64,000 nt of DNA from an uncultured Verrucomicrobiae bacterium (GCA_963837955.1 CAWIPH010000002.1:64001-128000); one strand, 5' to 3'; shown: positions 9,968 to 20,884, numbered from the stretch's first letter. Program-made: numbers and translations. The notes: generated by a model not told the origin, from the letters alone.

Positions 9968-10588
9968 TCAATGGTTGAGGCTGTCCTTCACTCTTTGCAG
10001 GAAGTGATCCGTCGCTTCCGCAGACCGAAGGGTTTCAGCGGTTATTTGCTGATTAGACGTATTGTGGGAGCTCATCGGTTCGCTCTCTTTGACCGGTTCT
10101 CCCCACCAGCGGAAGACCCGATCGCTGTTGGTTGATTCGTCATGAACCACTCGCATGGCTCCCTGGTGGACGCCGATAAACGGCGAAACGTAAAAATCGG
10201 TGGGAGAATGCGCGAAGATAATCAGCCGCTGACCTATCTGCGGCTGAGGCGCACCCTGCACTTGCAGGTGTTCCCCTCCGACGGTACCGCCCAGGAAGTC
10301 CAGGGTGAATGGGGAGGAAACGTTGCCTTTGATCGCTAGTCCGTTAAGCGTCAGCGTGACGCGTGTGTGAATGGAACGGCCTTCCGCGCTGTAGGCGATA
10401 TAGGATTGAGCGTTGGTAACCGTCACGTCGGCAATCACGTCCGCTTTCTGTGCGAGGTCAGGCAGATCCAATGAGTTCACCGTTGTTGCCTGGGCAAATC
10501 CCATTGAGAGAACGAGTAACGTCGACAACAAACCGGCTGAAGCTAGGGAGCCAGCGAGAGGCCTAAACCTCCTGATAGAATCGATCAT
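9968..10588 (-). CDS. Secreted hypothetical protein, co-oriented partner of the matrixin gene
   Basis: Signal peptide then ATTVNSLDLPDLAQKADVIADVTV and GGTVGG...V.GAP; ends 9 nt before the matrixin start; start uncertain (ORF extends to 10654). Confidence 0.65.
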   Translation of the reverse strand: MIDSIRRFRPLAGSLASAGLLSTLLVLSMGFAQATTVNSLDLPDLAQKADVIADVTVTNAQSYIAYSAEGRSIHTRVTLTLNGLAIKGNVSSPFTLDFLGGTVGGEHLQVQGAPQPQIGQRLIIFAHSPTDFYVSPFIGVHQGAMRVVHDESTNSDRVFRWWGEPVKESEPMSSHNTSNQQITAETLRSAEATDHFLQRVKDSLNH

Positions 10589-10804
10589 AGATGGCAAGCG
10601 TTTTCTAATCTGGGTTTGGAGATATTGGATGGGATCTCCTTGGAATTCAATCATTTCGAAAGATCGGCCGTGGTCTTCGACTAATTACCTTTTGACGATT
10701 TTCATTGATTGGGGTTACAACCAGCCATTAAATGAGCAAGTCGAGCGTTTCGGTGTCGGACCTCGTGCCAGTGGTTTAAATCATCGTGCAAATTGTTGAC
10801 TGAA

Positions 10805-11524
10805 ATGAACACCCTCCAAAACCTGTCGGTAAAGATCTTCGCTGATGGCGCTGACCTGGATGGCATGACCAGCCTCTACAAAAATCCGCTGATCCGGGGA
10901 TTGACGACAAACCCAACCCTTATGAGAAAAGCTGGCATTCAGGACTACGAACTGTTTGCCAGGAAAGTCCTCGACATCGTGAGGGAAAAGCCGATTTCCT
11001 TTGAGGTTTTCTCCGATGAATTCAGCGAAATGCGGCGACAAGCGCTCAAAATTCGAGATTGGCAAAACAATGTCTTCGTCAAGATTCCGATCACTAATTC
11101 CCGGGGGGAATCCTCCATTCCGCTGATTTCCGAGCTGGCCAAGGCGGGCACGCAACTCAACCTCACGGCGATCTTGACGCTAACCCAGGTGCGGGAAGTA
11201 GCCGATGTTCTGCAGCCCGAAGTTGCTGCTGTCGTCTCGGTCTTCGCCGGTCGAATCGCCGATACCGGTCGCGACCCGATCCCTTTGATGAGAGCGAGCA
11301 AGGTTCTGCTCGAGCACCTGCCAAAAGCAGAGCTACTTTGGGCGAGCGTGCGCGAGGTTTTGAACCTGGTGCAAGCGGACGAGTGCGGATGCGATATCGT
11401 CACGGTGCCGCACGATATTCTCAATAAGGCGATTAAGATGGTGGGAACCGATTTGACCGGTCTCTCGCTCGATACCGTAAAAATGTTTGCCAAAGATGCG
11501 GAATCAGCTGGATTCAAACTTTGA
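10805..11524 (+). CDS. tal: Transaldolase (small TalC/Fsa subfamily)
   Basis: KIFADGA, GLTTNPT, SFEV (Glu), VKIP (Schiff-base Lys), SVFAGRIAD (Phe), LLWASVRE. Confidence 0.9.
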   Translation: MNTLQNLSVKIFADGADLDGMTSLYKNPLIRGLTTNPTLMRKAGIQDYELFARKVLDIVREKPISFEVFSDEFSEMRRQALKIRDWQNNVFVKIPITNSRGESSIPLISELAKAGTQLNLTAILTLTQVREVADVLQPEVAAVVSVFAGRIADTGRDPIPLMRASKVLLEHLPKAELLWASVREVLNLVQADECGCDIVTVPHDILNKAIKMVGTDLTGLSLDTVKMFAKDAESAGFKL

Positions 11525-12326
11525 TTCCGCGTTCCGCCAGGGTTTGAATATCTCGCGTCGCGACCAGATCGCAGAATCGGCTTTGTCTCGTCCAATCCTC
11601 AGGTCGAAATTCAAAAGACGTGCAGTCCAACTTCTTGCCTAGCTGGTAGACTGCGAATCCGCGCGACGTCAGGAAATCGAGCAGCTCTTCGGGTTTACAC
11701 CCGGCTGCGTGTAACCCATGTGGCCAGAATTCAAGAAGAAGCAGTAGGTTCCCATTGGTCTGGATTAGTTTTTCCGCGCCTTGTAGCACCTCCAATTCAA
11801 ATCCTTGGACATCGATTTTCAAAAGATCGAGACGCAAGTCAGGGATTTCAGCGTCGAGAGTAACTGCCGGGACCGCTGTGATCCCTGCATTTTGGTTGCC
11901 GCTCGATACGATCCGATTGTCGCCGCGGTTTAGTTGACCCTCCATGAGCTGCAGAGTCCCGGGCTTGCTCGCCACTGCAGCATTAAACAAAGAGACATTC
12001 TGGATATTGTTTCGTTGAAGATTCTGCTGCAATGAACTGCAAAGTAATTGATCGGGTTCAAAAGCGAATATTTGGCCCTCTGGAACGAGGCTTGCCAATA
12101 ACAGAGTGTATAGCCCTTGGTTAGCACCCACGTCAGCAATTCTACTGTCTCCTTGGACGGCAGCGCGGAGGAACAGCATTTCATCGTTCCCCATGAGCTT
12201 GAGACGGTGAGCCTGCAAAACTAACCAGCGGTCGAGCGTCGGTGGAACGAAGCTCGATCCCCAGACTTTGACGCTCCTTTTCCAGATCGGAGATCGATTG
12301 ATCCCGCCAAAAAAAGTGCGAAGCAT
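11514..12326 (-). CDS. FkbM-family methyltransferase
   Basis: IADVGANQG, FAFEP, LLKIDVQGFE, LEFWP. Confidence 0.9.
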   Translation of the reverse strand: MLRTFFGGINRSPIWKRSVKVWGSSFVPPTLDRWLVLQAHRLKLMGNDEMLFLRAAVQGDSRIADVGANQGLYTLLLASLVPEGQIFAFEPDQLLCSSLQQNLQRNNIQNVSLFNAAVASKPGTLQLMEGQLNRGDNRIVSSGNQNAGITAVPAVTLDAEIPDLRLDLLKIDVQGFELEVLQGAEKLIQTNGNLLLLLEFWPHGLHAAGCKPEELLDFLTSRGFAVYQLGKKLDCTSFEFRPEDWTRQSRFCDLVATRDIQTLAERGIKV

Positions 12327-12572
12327 GCCGATATTAGTGCACTGAGTGCGGTTTATTCAAACCCGCGATGGATTGTTTCGAATCGCTAGTAAGTAAAGAG
12401 CGAGCGGCAGATCTGCTGTACTGCATCTCCAGTTCGACCAGCGTCGATGCGACCCATAAACCGAGTTGGTGGCATGGCAAAGCGAATCTGAGAAGAGCTT
12501 CTCTCTTGCGCTCCTGGCGACAATATCCAATATCCTAGAGCCCTGAACAGTTTCTCCGGATTTCAGGAGAAT

Positions 12573-13328
12573 GTGACGACCACACCGCCCATCGATCAGC
12601 ATCTGATAGAGATCCTTCGCAATCGCCAAGCCTGGGATCGCAAACCTGCACTTCGGAAAGCCTATGCACAATTATATGGATTGATCCAAGAGGAGCTGGT
12701 CGACGAGCCGGGGACCACTGTCGAGCTCGGCTCTGGAATCGGTGCAATTAAGGCGTCTGTCCCTGACTGTATTACTACCGATATCTTCCCCAATCCCTGG
12801 CTAGACCGGACCGAAAATGCCTATAAGCTCTCGTTTGGTGATCGTTCGATTGCAAACCTGATCCTTTTCGACGTGTTTCATCACCTTGAATACCCGGGCG
12901 AGGCTTTCAAGGAGTTCGAACGGGTTGTGGTTCAACGCGGTCGCTTAATTCTGATGGAACCCGGCTTCGGTTTGCTTGGGCGTTTCATTTACCGAAGGTT
13001 TCATCATGAAGCCCTGGGTTTCGATAGACAAATCTTGTGGGATGCGCCGAAAAGCTTCGACCGGAATAAGCCGGGTTACTATGCAGCCCAAGCCAACGCC
13101 TGGCGGATCTTCGTTCAGGACGAATTCAGCCCGAACATTTCCGGCTGGCGACTTATGATCGCGAAGAGATTACCTGCCTTCAGCTATGTGGCGTCAGGAG
13201 GGTTCAGCGGTCCCAGCTTGTATCCCGCCTGGCTTTTTTCTGGCGTGCGGATAGTTGACAAGGTTTTCGCGCTTCTACCGTCAATTTTCGCTACCCGACT
13301 AATGGTTGTCCTGGAAAGATTATCATAA
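12573..13328 (+). CDS. Class I SAM-dependent methyltransferase
   Basis: VELGSGIG, ITTDI, DVFHHLE, LILMEP. Confidence 0.85.
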   Translation: MTTTPPIDQHLIEILRNRQAWDRKPALRKAYAQLYGLIQEELVDEPGTTVELGSGIGAIKASVPDCITTDIFPNPWLDRTENAYKLSFGDRSIANLILFDVFHHLEYPGEAFKEFERVVVQRGRLILMEPGFGLLGRFIYRRFHHEALGFDRQILWDAPKSFDRNKPGYYAAQANAWRIFVQDEFSPNISGWRLMIAKRLPAFSYVASGGFSGPSLYPAWLFSGVRIVDKVFALLPSIFATRLMVVLERLS

Positions 13329-13332
13329 CGAC

Positions 13333-14753
13333 ATGAGCCCGAAACCTGTTTCTGCCTTGGTCGAGGCGCATCTGAATCGGCTTCGCGAACACTATGATCA
13401 GTGCACAAACATCACCCAGGCAGCCCAGGATTACCGTCTAATCGTCGCGAAGTATTACAATTTGCTAATACAGCCGGCTTCTTCGGTTCTTGAGATCGGC
13501 TGTGGCGCAGGGGGTCTTCTGTCGTTATTGCATGCCCGTGAGCGATGTGGAGTCGATCCTTCCGTCGTCCAAATCGGGTTGGCCAAAGAAAGACTTCCAG
13601 AGGGTGAGTTCTATGTTCAGGCTGGCGAAACATTGCACCTACCAGATCGAAAATTCGATTATATCATCCTCTCTGAAACCGCCAATTTGGCTGCGGATGT
13701 TCAGCAGATTTTCCAAAATCTGAAGAGCGTGTCGCACGAAGAAACGAGGCTAATTATCAATATTTATAGTGCACTGTGGCGTCCATTGATCTGGTTCGCA
13801 ACGGCCGTAGGGTGGCGCGCGCGCCACCCCGAAAGCAATTGGTTATCAAAACAGGATATCGCCGGTTTACTTTGTCTTAGTGGCTGGGAATTGATTAGAT
13901 CCGACGCACGTATTCTCTGCCCGGTAAAGCTATTGGGATTAGAAAACCTTCTAAATCGTTTCCTGGCGCCGGTCTTAAGCCCGTTTTGTCTCTCCCTTTT
14001 TTGATTGCCCGGCCATTAGCGGGCCGGCAATCTGAAAAAAGCGTTTCTGTAGTTATCCCGGCCAGAAACGAGGCTGGGAACATCGAAGCGGCGCTAGCGC
14101 GTACCCCAGAGATGGGAACTTGGACCGAATTGATATTTGTTGAAGGGAATTCGACTGACGACACCTGGGAAGCGATCCAACGTGTGAAAGAAAATAATTC
14201 GAATCGACGTATCAAGATCTTTCAGCAAAGCGGGAAAGGGAAAGGGAATGCGGTTCGAGATGGGTTCGCTGTTGCCGAGGGCGAGGTGTTGATGATTCTC
14301 GACGCAGACTTAACGGTCCCGCCTGAGGAACTGCCAAAGTTTTACGAAGCCATCGTCTCGGGTCGCTGCGAATTCTGCAATGGCAGCCGTCTGGTGTATC
14401 CGATGGATGAGAAAGCCATGCAGTTTCTCAATCTCTGCGCAAATAAGACTTTCGGGATTCTATTTAGTTGGTTGCTTGGACAATCCGTCAAGGACACGCT
14501 TTGCGGAACCAAGGTGCTTACCAAATCTAACTATCAAAGGATTGCCCAAAACCGGAACTATTTTGGCGACTTCGATCCGTTTGGCGACTTCGATCTGCTT
14601 TTTGGAGCTAGCAAACTGAGCCTTAAGATTCTCGATCTGCCAATCCGATACAAGGAGAGGGCTTACGGCGAGACGAACATTCACCGATGGAAGCACGGCT
14701 GGCTATTACTCCAGATGGCGATTTTTGCGGCGACCAAGCTCAAAATTGTTTGA
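13333..14753 (+). pseudogene. Methyltransferase + polyprenol-phosphate GT2 fusion, split by a one-base frameshift at a T6 run
   Basis: ORF 13333-14004 (VLEIGCGAG) and ORF 13986-14753 (VVIPARNE, ILDADL, DTLCGTK, DPFGDFDLLFGA) join in frame if one T is added at 13997-14002. Confidence 0.75.
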
Positions 14754-14856
14754 TTCGCGGTAAGATCGGAGGACAACTTTTACGAGCGGGTGACCGTTTT
14801 GTTATTTGGGTTCGCATGAAAGCCACAGCAAGATAGTCATGGTATGGATTCGAAAC

Positions 14857-16584
14857 ATGGAGCGTAGCCGTGCGGATAACCGTCGTGAATCACTAAACTC
14901 CTCACCAGAGCGTCCCTTCTTGATTAAACGTGAGAACCTTATCGGGGCGCTGGTGCTCGCGGTCGTGCCGGCAATATTCCTTATTGTCACGCTCCAATTG
15001 ACGAAGGTAAGCGGTCCAGCTTGGCTTAGTAGCAACTTTGAAAACAATTATCCTTATCTCTTTAATTCGCTGCTCTTAATCAAAGGTCAGACACCCGTCA
15101 TGATCGGGCATCCTGGTACTACGACCCAGATTTTTGGTGCCGCGATTCTAAAAACTTCGGAACATGGATCTGTTGACCGGATCGTTAGCGCCGTGATTCG
15201 AAATCCGGAAAAGTTCATCAAACGAATCCAACGAACGTTGCTCTTTTTTTCCGCTGCAAGCCTCTGGCTTTTTCCTTGGCTCACCGCGCTCCACATCCAG
15301 AGTCATATCAAAGGACTACTGCTTCAGCTGCCAAGCCTCTTTTTTGTTACTCTGCTTCGTTATACGATTTGGTTCGGATCGGATCTAATGTTGGTTCCAT
15401 TCTGCGTCGCCGCAATTTGTCTATGCGTTGTGCTGACTCAGCAAAGATGGAGCGGTGAGCAGCGACAATGGGTACTCATCCTGGCGGGCATAGTTTGCGC
15501 TTTGGGAATCCTGACAAAACTCACCTTCTTTCCTCTGATCCTTATCATTTTCGCCTGCTGTAGGGGATTGAAGAACAGATTGATTGCTGCGGGTTCGTTT
15601 GTTCTTGCGGCTGCCGTCACCTCGGTTCCGATTTATCCCAAACTGGCTTCGTTGGCTTCTTGGACTGCGAGCCTCGCGAGCCACACCGGAGGCTACGGCA
15701 GCGGGGAGGCGGGTTTCACTCGACCAGATGTTCTTTGGAACGGGATGTCATTATTGATTTCGAATGAACCCATGATCGTTTGGGTTCCGCTCTTCGCGAC
15801 GGTTACAGTCTTAGTGTTGCAATCGGTCGGAAGAACGGCATCTGGGTCCCATGCTCTCGCCGGCCCCGCGCTGATGCTGCTCGGATTACAAATCCTGGGT
15901 TTCATCCTGGTCGCTAAGCACGCTGGATATCATTATCTGATCCCGCTTTATCTAAGCACAGGACTCAACCTGGTCCTGGTATACGAAGCAATTCGCTTGA
16001 ATAGGAGGTTCTCGGTCCTGGCCTGCTTTGGGACAGGAGCCATGGGCTTCCTCTTGCTTTGGCCGGTTCACGATTCCGCCAGAAGAACCATGGTTTGCTA
16101 TAACTTTCTCGATAATTGGCGAAATCTGCAACTTAACTTATACGATCGCGTAAAGAAGCTGACCAAGGACGATCTTCGCATCGATTACTATCGATCTGCC
16201 AGTCCGGAATTTGCGGCGTTCTTCGGTAATGGTTATGCATCCAACTATGTTGGTCCAATTGCGGACTCTGTCGATGAAAGCGCCGCATCTAGCTATTTTG
16301 GTCCACTTCTAGAAGAGAGATATCCGCACGCCATGTTTGCGATGTTTTTTGGTAGCGATCTGAAATTTTACACGTTTACCAAGAGTTTGGATCCTGCGTT
16401 CGTAATAGAGAGGCATCGGCAGTTCTTTCTTTTCGGAAACCATTCAGATGGTAGAGGCATTCCTGGCGTTGACCTGATGATTCCTGGTGTAGGTCCAAAA
16501 AGCATTACCGAAGTAGACAGCGGGGGCTATCTTTACCTGGACAAGTGGACACGGGAGGCCGCCACTCCTCCATCGGCACGCTAG
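14857..16584 (+). CDS. Multi-pass membrane protein, candidate GT-C glycosyltransferase (paralog 1)
   Basis: About 10-12 hydrophobic segments; GPAWLSSNFENNYPYLFNSLL...HPGTT loop; TKLTFFP; start uncertain. Confidence 0.65.
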   Translation: MERSRADNRRESLNSSPERPFLIKRENLIGALVLAVVPAIFLIVTLQLTKVSGPAWLSSNFENNYPYLFNSLLLIKGQTPVMIGHPGTTTQIFGAAILKTSEHGSVDRIVSAVIRNPEKFIKRIQRTLLFFSAASLWLFPWLTALHIQSHIKGLLLQLPSLFFVTLLRYTIWFGSDLMLVPFCVAAICLCVVLTQQRWSGEQRQWVLILAGIVCALGILTKLTFFPLILIIFACCRGLKNRLIAAGSFVLAAAVTSVPIYPKLASLASWTASLASHTGGYGSGEAGFTRPDVLWNGMSLLISNEPMIVWVPLFATVTVLVLQSVGRTASGSHALAGPALMLLGLQILGFILVAKHAGYHYLIPLYLSTGLNLVLVYEAIRLNRRFSVLACFGTGAMGFLLLWPVHDSARRTMVCYNFLDNWRNLQLNLYDRVKKLTKDDLRIDYYRSASPEFAAFFGNGYASNYVGPIADSVDESAASSYFGPLLEERYPHAMFAMFFGSDLKFYTFTKSLDPAFVIERHRQFFLFGNHSDGRGIPGVDLMIPGVGPKSITEVDSGGYLYLDKWTREAATPPSAR

Positions 16585-16742
16585 TTCATTACAACCATGT
16601 GGAACTCAACGTCCACCTTTCGCGGACCCCGCTATTTGTCCAGAATCAATTGTCTGCTGGGTATGTTTCCCGCATTTTCGTTCTCCAAGAAACCTCTGCA
16701 CCGGGCAGGAGAGGCCTATCTTAGTATTAACCAAGGCATAGC

Positions 16743-17465
16743 ATGGAGTCTCGCGATTCAGGCAAAGAGTATTATCGAGAAGAGCTAGGCTTCTTTCGAG
16801 CCGTTCGCGAGCACGGGTTCCGCGCAAAAACGGTCTTTGATATTGGTTCCTCCCATGGTGGCTGGTCGTACGCGATTTCGTCCCTCTTCCCTGATGCGGA
16901 TTTTCATCTCTTTGAGCCATTAGCGGATTTGAAGCCGGATTATCGTGAGCGGAACATCCAAATCCTGGCGGAGAAGCCGAAATTTGTGCTGCATAAGGTC
17001 GCGATAGGGGCTCGGAACGGGAGCATCACGATGATTTCAGACCCGCAAGGATTTGGAGCAAGCACGATGGCCAAGAGACCATTCGCCCAATTCCAGGAAC
17101 GTCATCGGGTGCCGATTTTCCGTTTAGAGACTTTCTCCGACCGGTTTCACCTATCCCAACCCGAGATAGTCAAGATGGATTTACAAGGAGGCGAACTCAA
17201 CGCGCTCCGCGGCGCGAAGCGGCTCTTAGAGAAAATAAGGATTATCCAGCTCGAGGCTTGGATGTACCGGGCCTACAGTCAGAAGCATCCGTTATTGTGG
17301 GAACTTGGTCGCTTTCTTACGAAAAAGCAGTTTTGCCTGGTCGAGATTGGTGATCGTTTCTATAGTCGGCGCCATCAACTAATTGCGTTCGATGCATTCT
17401 TTGTCCGCGAAGATGTCCTGGATTTGCTCGGAAAATCTTTGGGTCGGGAACGACTGACACCGTAG
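16743..17465 (+). CDS. FkbM-family methyltransferase
   Basis: VFDIGSSHG, LFEP, IVKMDLQGGE. Confidence 0.88.
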   Translation: MESRDSGKEYYREELGFFRAVREHGFRAKTVFDIGSSHGGWSYAISSLFPDADFHLFEPLADLKPDYRERNIQILAEKPKFVLHKVAIGARNGSITMISDPQGFGASTMAKRPFAQFQERHRVPIFRLETFSDRFHLSQPEIVKMDLQGGELNALRGAKRLLEKIRIIQLEAWMYRAYSQKHPLLWELGRFLTKKQFCLVEIGDRFYSRRHQLIAFDAFFVREDVLDLLGKSLGRERLTP

Positions 17466-17601
17466 CCCCTGTGCGGCAGAGTCTAACCAGAACATTAATT
17501 AGCCGAGGGTTGCGATCGCGAAGGCAAAAATGCCAGTCACATTGTGGGGTGTGATCGGATTGCGATTTATTTTTTTAAGAACAGCGGCCAAGACTTCAAT
17601 C

Positions 17602-19233
17602 ATGGAATCGATTCAAAGTTTGTCGAATTCATTTGGCTCGCTAAAAGCACACTCGCTCCGCCGAAGATATGTTATCCCGATCTCGGGACTCTTTTTGTTC
17701 GTACCAGCTCTTTTTTTGTTCGTAGCCATGCAATTGACGAAGGCCGGCGGACCGCCGTGGTTGGGTAGTAATTTCGAAAATAATTACCCCTATCTTTTTA
17801 ATTCGCTGTTGTTAGTAAAAAAACAGACACCGTACATGATTGGGCATCCGGGTCTGACGACGCAGTTTTTTGGCGCAAGTATTTTGCGGGCGTCCGTGCC
17901 TGGCCGAACGACCAAAGTGGTCGAGGCGGTCTTGGGAAATCCAGAGAAATTCATCAAAAGAATTCAACGATCGATGTTGATCCTGACAGCGGTCTCTCTC
18001 TGGATCCTTCCTTGGTTAACGGCCCTTTATATAGGCAGCTACTTCACGGGGTTTTTACTTCAACTGCCGAGTCTCTTTTTTATCACTCTGCTTCGCTATG
18101 CCATCTGGTTCGGATCCGATCTGATGCTCGTGCCTTTCTGTGTAGCCGCGCTTTGTCTATGTGTAATCCTGACTCACCAACGATGGAGAGGCCAGCAGCG
18201 ACGTTGGACACTTATCCTGGCCGGCATTGTTTGCGCATTGGGTACCGTTACGAAACTCACCTTTTTCCCGCTCATCTTTATCATTGTAGCTTGTTGTTGC
18301 GGGCTGCGGAACCGCTTGATAGCGGGAGCGTCGTTTGCGGTAGCGACGGCCCTTGCCCTCATGCCGATCTATCCTAAGCTAGCGGAACTAGGTGGATGGA
18401 TCTTCGGAATCGCCACTCATACCGGGTTTTACGGATCAGGTGATGTCGGGTTCGCGCGTGCCGACACCTATTTCGCCACCATCGGTGTCATATTGTCGTA
18501 TGAGCCTATGGTGGCCTGCATTCCGGCGCTGGGCACTTTAGCTATCATCATCCTATCAGTTGTAAGCATACGTGTTTTGCAAAGATCCGGGAATTGGCTG
18601 CTCGCGTGGTCGTCCCTGGGGCTCTTCACGTTGCAGGTTTTGTCTTTTCTTTTGGTTGCTAAACACGCCAATTTTCAATACTTCATCCCGATCTTTCTGT
18701 CCGTTGCCCTAAATCTGGTACTCCTGTATGAGTTTTCTAGAACACAGGTTTATCCTAAGCTTCTCCGGATTTTCAGTAGCGTTACCCTCCTTGGCCTTAT
18801 CGGATGTGCCCTAGGTGCTGCTACGCTAGGCGCGCTGGATAACTACGGTGCTTTACGCGATTGGCGTGATCAACAATTGGGGCTGTACGGGCGAGTCGTG
18901 GCTAAAGTTCCCAGCGATCTCCGGATCGACTATTATCGTTCTATTTCTCCGCAGTGGGCAGAATATTTCGGTAATCAATTTGCCGGCAAATACTTCGCGG
19001 CATATCTCGACAAGAAGTATCCGCATGCGCTCTTTTATAACATATTCAGCAGGACTTTCGAAAAGAACTTCTTAACTTCCGTGCCTCGTGAAGAAGTTCT
19101 TAAGCAGCACGATCACCTCTACTTCTTTGGCAACCGGGCTGATCAGCAAGGCATTCCTGACTTCGATGGTCAAGATTTTCTGGAACTGGACAACGGAGGT
19201 CTATTTTTCCTGGACGAATGGGCACGGAAATAG
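17602..19233 (+). CDS. Multi-pass membrane protein, candidate GT-C glycosyltransferase (paralog 2)
   Basis: Shares long identical stretches with 14857-16584 (SNFENNYPYLFNSLL, NPEKFIKRIQR, WFGSDLMLVPFCVAA, DLRIDYYRS). Confidence 0.65.
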   Translation: MESIQSLSNSFGSLKAHSLRRRYVIPISGLFLFVPALFLFVAMQLTKAGGPPWLGSNFENNYPYLFNSLLLVKKQTPYMIGHPGLTTQFFGASILRASVPGRTTKVVEAVLGNPEKFIKRIQRSMLILTAVSLWILPWLTALYIGSYFTGFLLQLPSLFFITLLRYAIWFGSDLMLVPFCVAALCLCVILTHQRWRGQQRRWTLILAGIVCALGTVTKLTFFPLIFIIVACCCGLRNRLIAGASFAVATALALMPIYPKLAELGGWIFGIATHTGFYGSGDVGFARADTYFATIGVILSYEPMVACIPALGTLAIIILSVVSIRVLQRSGNWLLAWSSLGLFTLQVLSFLLVAKHANFQYFIPIFLSVALNLVLLYEFSRTQVYPKLLRIFSSVTLLGLIGCALGAATLGALDNYGALRDWRDQQLGLYGRVVAKVPSDLRIDYYRSISPQWAEYFGNQFAGKYFAAYLDKKYPHALFYNIFSRTFEKNFLTSVPREEVLKQHDHLYFFGNRADQQGIPDFDGQDFLELDNGGLFFLDEWARK

Positions 19234-19247
19234 GCTGGGATCCTGCC

Positions 19248-20861
19248 TCAAGGTCGCTTCCACTGTTGCAAGTAACAACCAGCTCCACTGTCGAGCGTTT
19301 CAAAGGAACTTGGGTCAAATGGAGGGAAATGATCGTAGGGTGGGGTAATGAGAGTTCCAAAAAAATAGATACGACTATGCTTCTCCGCCATAGCAGCAGG
19401 CTCGATCGTCTTGTCGAACGTGTGAAATTTGCCCGTAAAAATTGAGAAGAAGTAAGCGTTCGGATATCTCTCGGCCAGAACTCGCGAAAAATAGTTCGCG
19501 ACGTTTTCATTGCCTAGGCAAAGCGCAAACTCTGGCGACGGACACCGATAATAATCGGCCCTGGGACCGTCTTTGGTTTCGCAGAGTGCTCGCCGATACA
19601 AAGCGAGCTGCGCCTGTCTGTTCGATTTTAGACCGGTGTATATTTGGCGCGTCTGGGCCGCGACGGTCTGATATCCAAAAGTACAAAGAGAAATTATACC
19701 GATGCCGACGATGAGCCAGGCCAGAGGCTTCGGGGCGCCCTTTTGCGTAAGTATCCGGTATAACAAAGCAACGTTAAGACCGGTACTCAGAAACAACGGA
19801 ATCAGGTAATAGTTGAACGGATGCTTGGCAATTATCAGATAGCCTATGGCTTGACAGACAAGAACGCAGCATATTGGCCAACGAAAACGATTGGGTTGAA
19901 AGGCAGTCTTAGCTGACGGAAACACCAGCACCAAAATAGTGGCCGCCGTGGTAAGTATCGGCATCCAGACGACCAGCGGATCGGTGGTATAAAGATTGGA
20001 GATAGACTTGAAGTACTCTTCTGAGCTGGGAAGTCCGACCGAACCGGTGCCGTATGGTCGCGAGTGAGTAAGAATCCCGAAAAACCAGCCAAAAAGCTTT
20101 GGCAGCTCTTGGTAAATCGGAATCAACGCGACTACGGCGGTACCAATAAATAGCAGAAAGAATAAGCCGCGCTTTTTCCACCCTCTGAGGCATAGGCAGG
20201 TGATGAGCAGGATAGGAAAGAACGTGAGCTTGGTTACAATCCCGATACCGCATAGCACCCCAGCTAAAGCGACAACTCTGTTGTCCTGAGCTGCGGTTTC
20301 GGCCTGGTGAACTAGCCATAGCACCAATGCGACATCAGCAATCGCTAGTCCGACCAGCATTGGTTCCGCGATAAAGAAAATGCTATAGAACAAAAGAGTG
20401 GCGAAGCACAACAGCGGCAGTTGCAGAAATAGTGTCTGAGGGTAGCTCTTGATGCGTGATCCGACAAACCAAGGAACGAGCCACGCTAACGCGCCGGAAC
20501 CTATCAGCACGCTCCAGTGTAGCACCTTCAGAAAAGACTCCGGATCTTTAATCACAGCATGGTTGAGGTCACTACCGGAACCGTGACCGGATAGTCGCAG
20601 AATCGCTGCACCATACAACATTAACGTGGTCCCTGGATGTTGGTACATGACCGGACGCCCGGTTTCTGCGACCAATAAGGAATTAAATAAGTATTGGTAG
20701 GGTCCGTCGGAGTTGTAAGCCAGCCATTGCGGCCCGGCAGCGCGGGTAAGCTGGGCCACGATAAGGACGAACGCCAGCGGTATGACAAGGAAGATCGGCA
20801 GCCAGATCAGGCTTTGCCCCTGGCGATGCCCGGAGCTTGTTCCGACTTGGGTTCCTTCCAT
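19248..20861 (-). CDS. Multi-pass membrane protein, candidate GT-C glycosyltransferase (paralog 3)
   Basis: GPQWLAYNSDGPYQYLFNSLL...HPGTT, TKLTFFP, YLIPLFLSTGLN, RADYYR; convergent with paralog 2. Confidence 0.65.
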   Translation of the reverse strand: MEGTQVGTSSGHRQGQSLIWLPIFLVIPLAFVLIVAQLTRAAGPQWLAYNSDGPYQYLFNSLLVAETGRPVMYQHPGTTLMLYGAAILRLSGHGSGSDLNHAVIKDPESFLKVLHWSVLIGSGALAWLVPWFVGSRIKSYPQTLFLQLPLLCFATLLFYSIFFIAEPMLVGLAIADVALVLWLVHQAETAAQDNRVVALAGVLCGIGIVTKLTFFPILLITCLCLRGWKKRGLFFLLFIGTAVVALIPIYQELPKLFGWFFGILTHSRPYGTGSVGLPSSEEYFKSISNLYTTDPLVVWMPILTTAATILVLVFPSAKTAFQPNRFRWPICCVLVCQAIGYLIIAKHPFNYYLIPLFLSTGLNVALLYRILTQKGAPKPLAWLIVGIGIISLCTFGYQTVAAQTRQIYTGLKSNRQAQLALYRRALCETKDGPRADYYRCPSPEFALCLGNENVANYFSRVLAERYPNAYFFSIFTGKFHTFDKTIEPAAMAEKHSRIYFFGTLITPPYDHFPPFDPSSFETLDSGAGCYLQQWKRP

Positions 20862-20884
20862 GTTACTAACTCCTCAGATCTCAA

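Noticed and set aside
13994..14004. Canonical programmed -1 ribosomal frameshift
   Set aside because: In the reading frame the site is C CTT TTT TGA, not X XXY YYZ, and no clear stimulator was seen.
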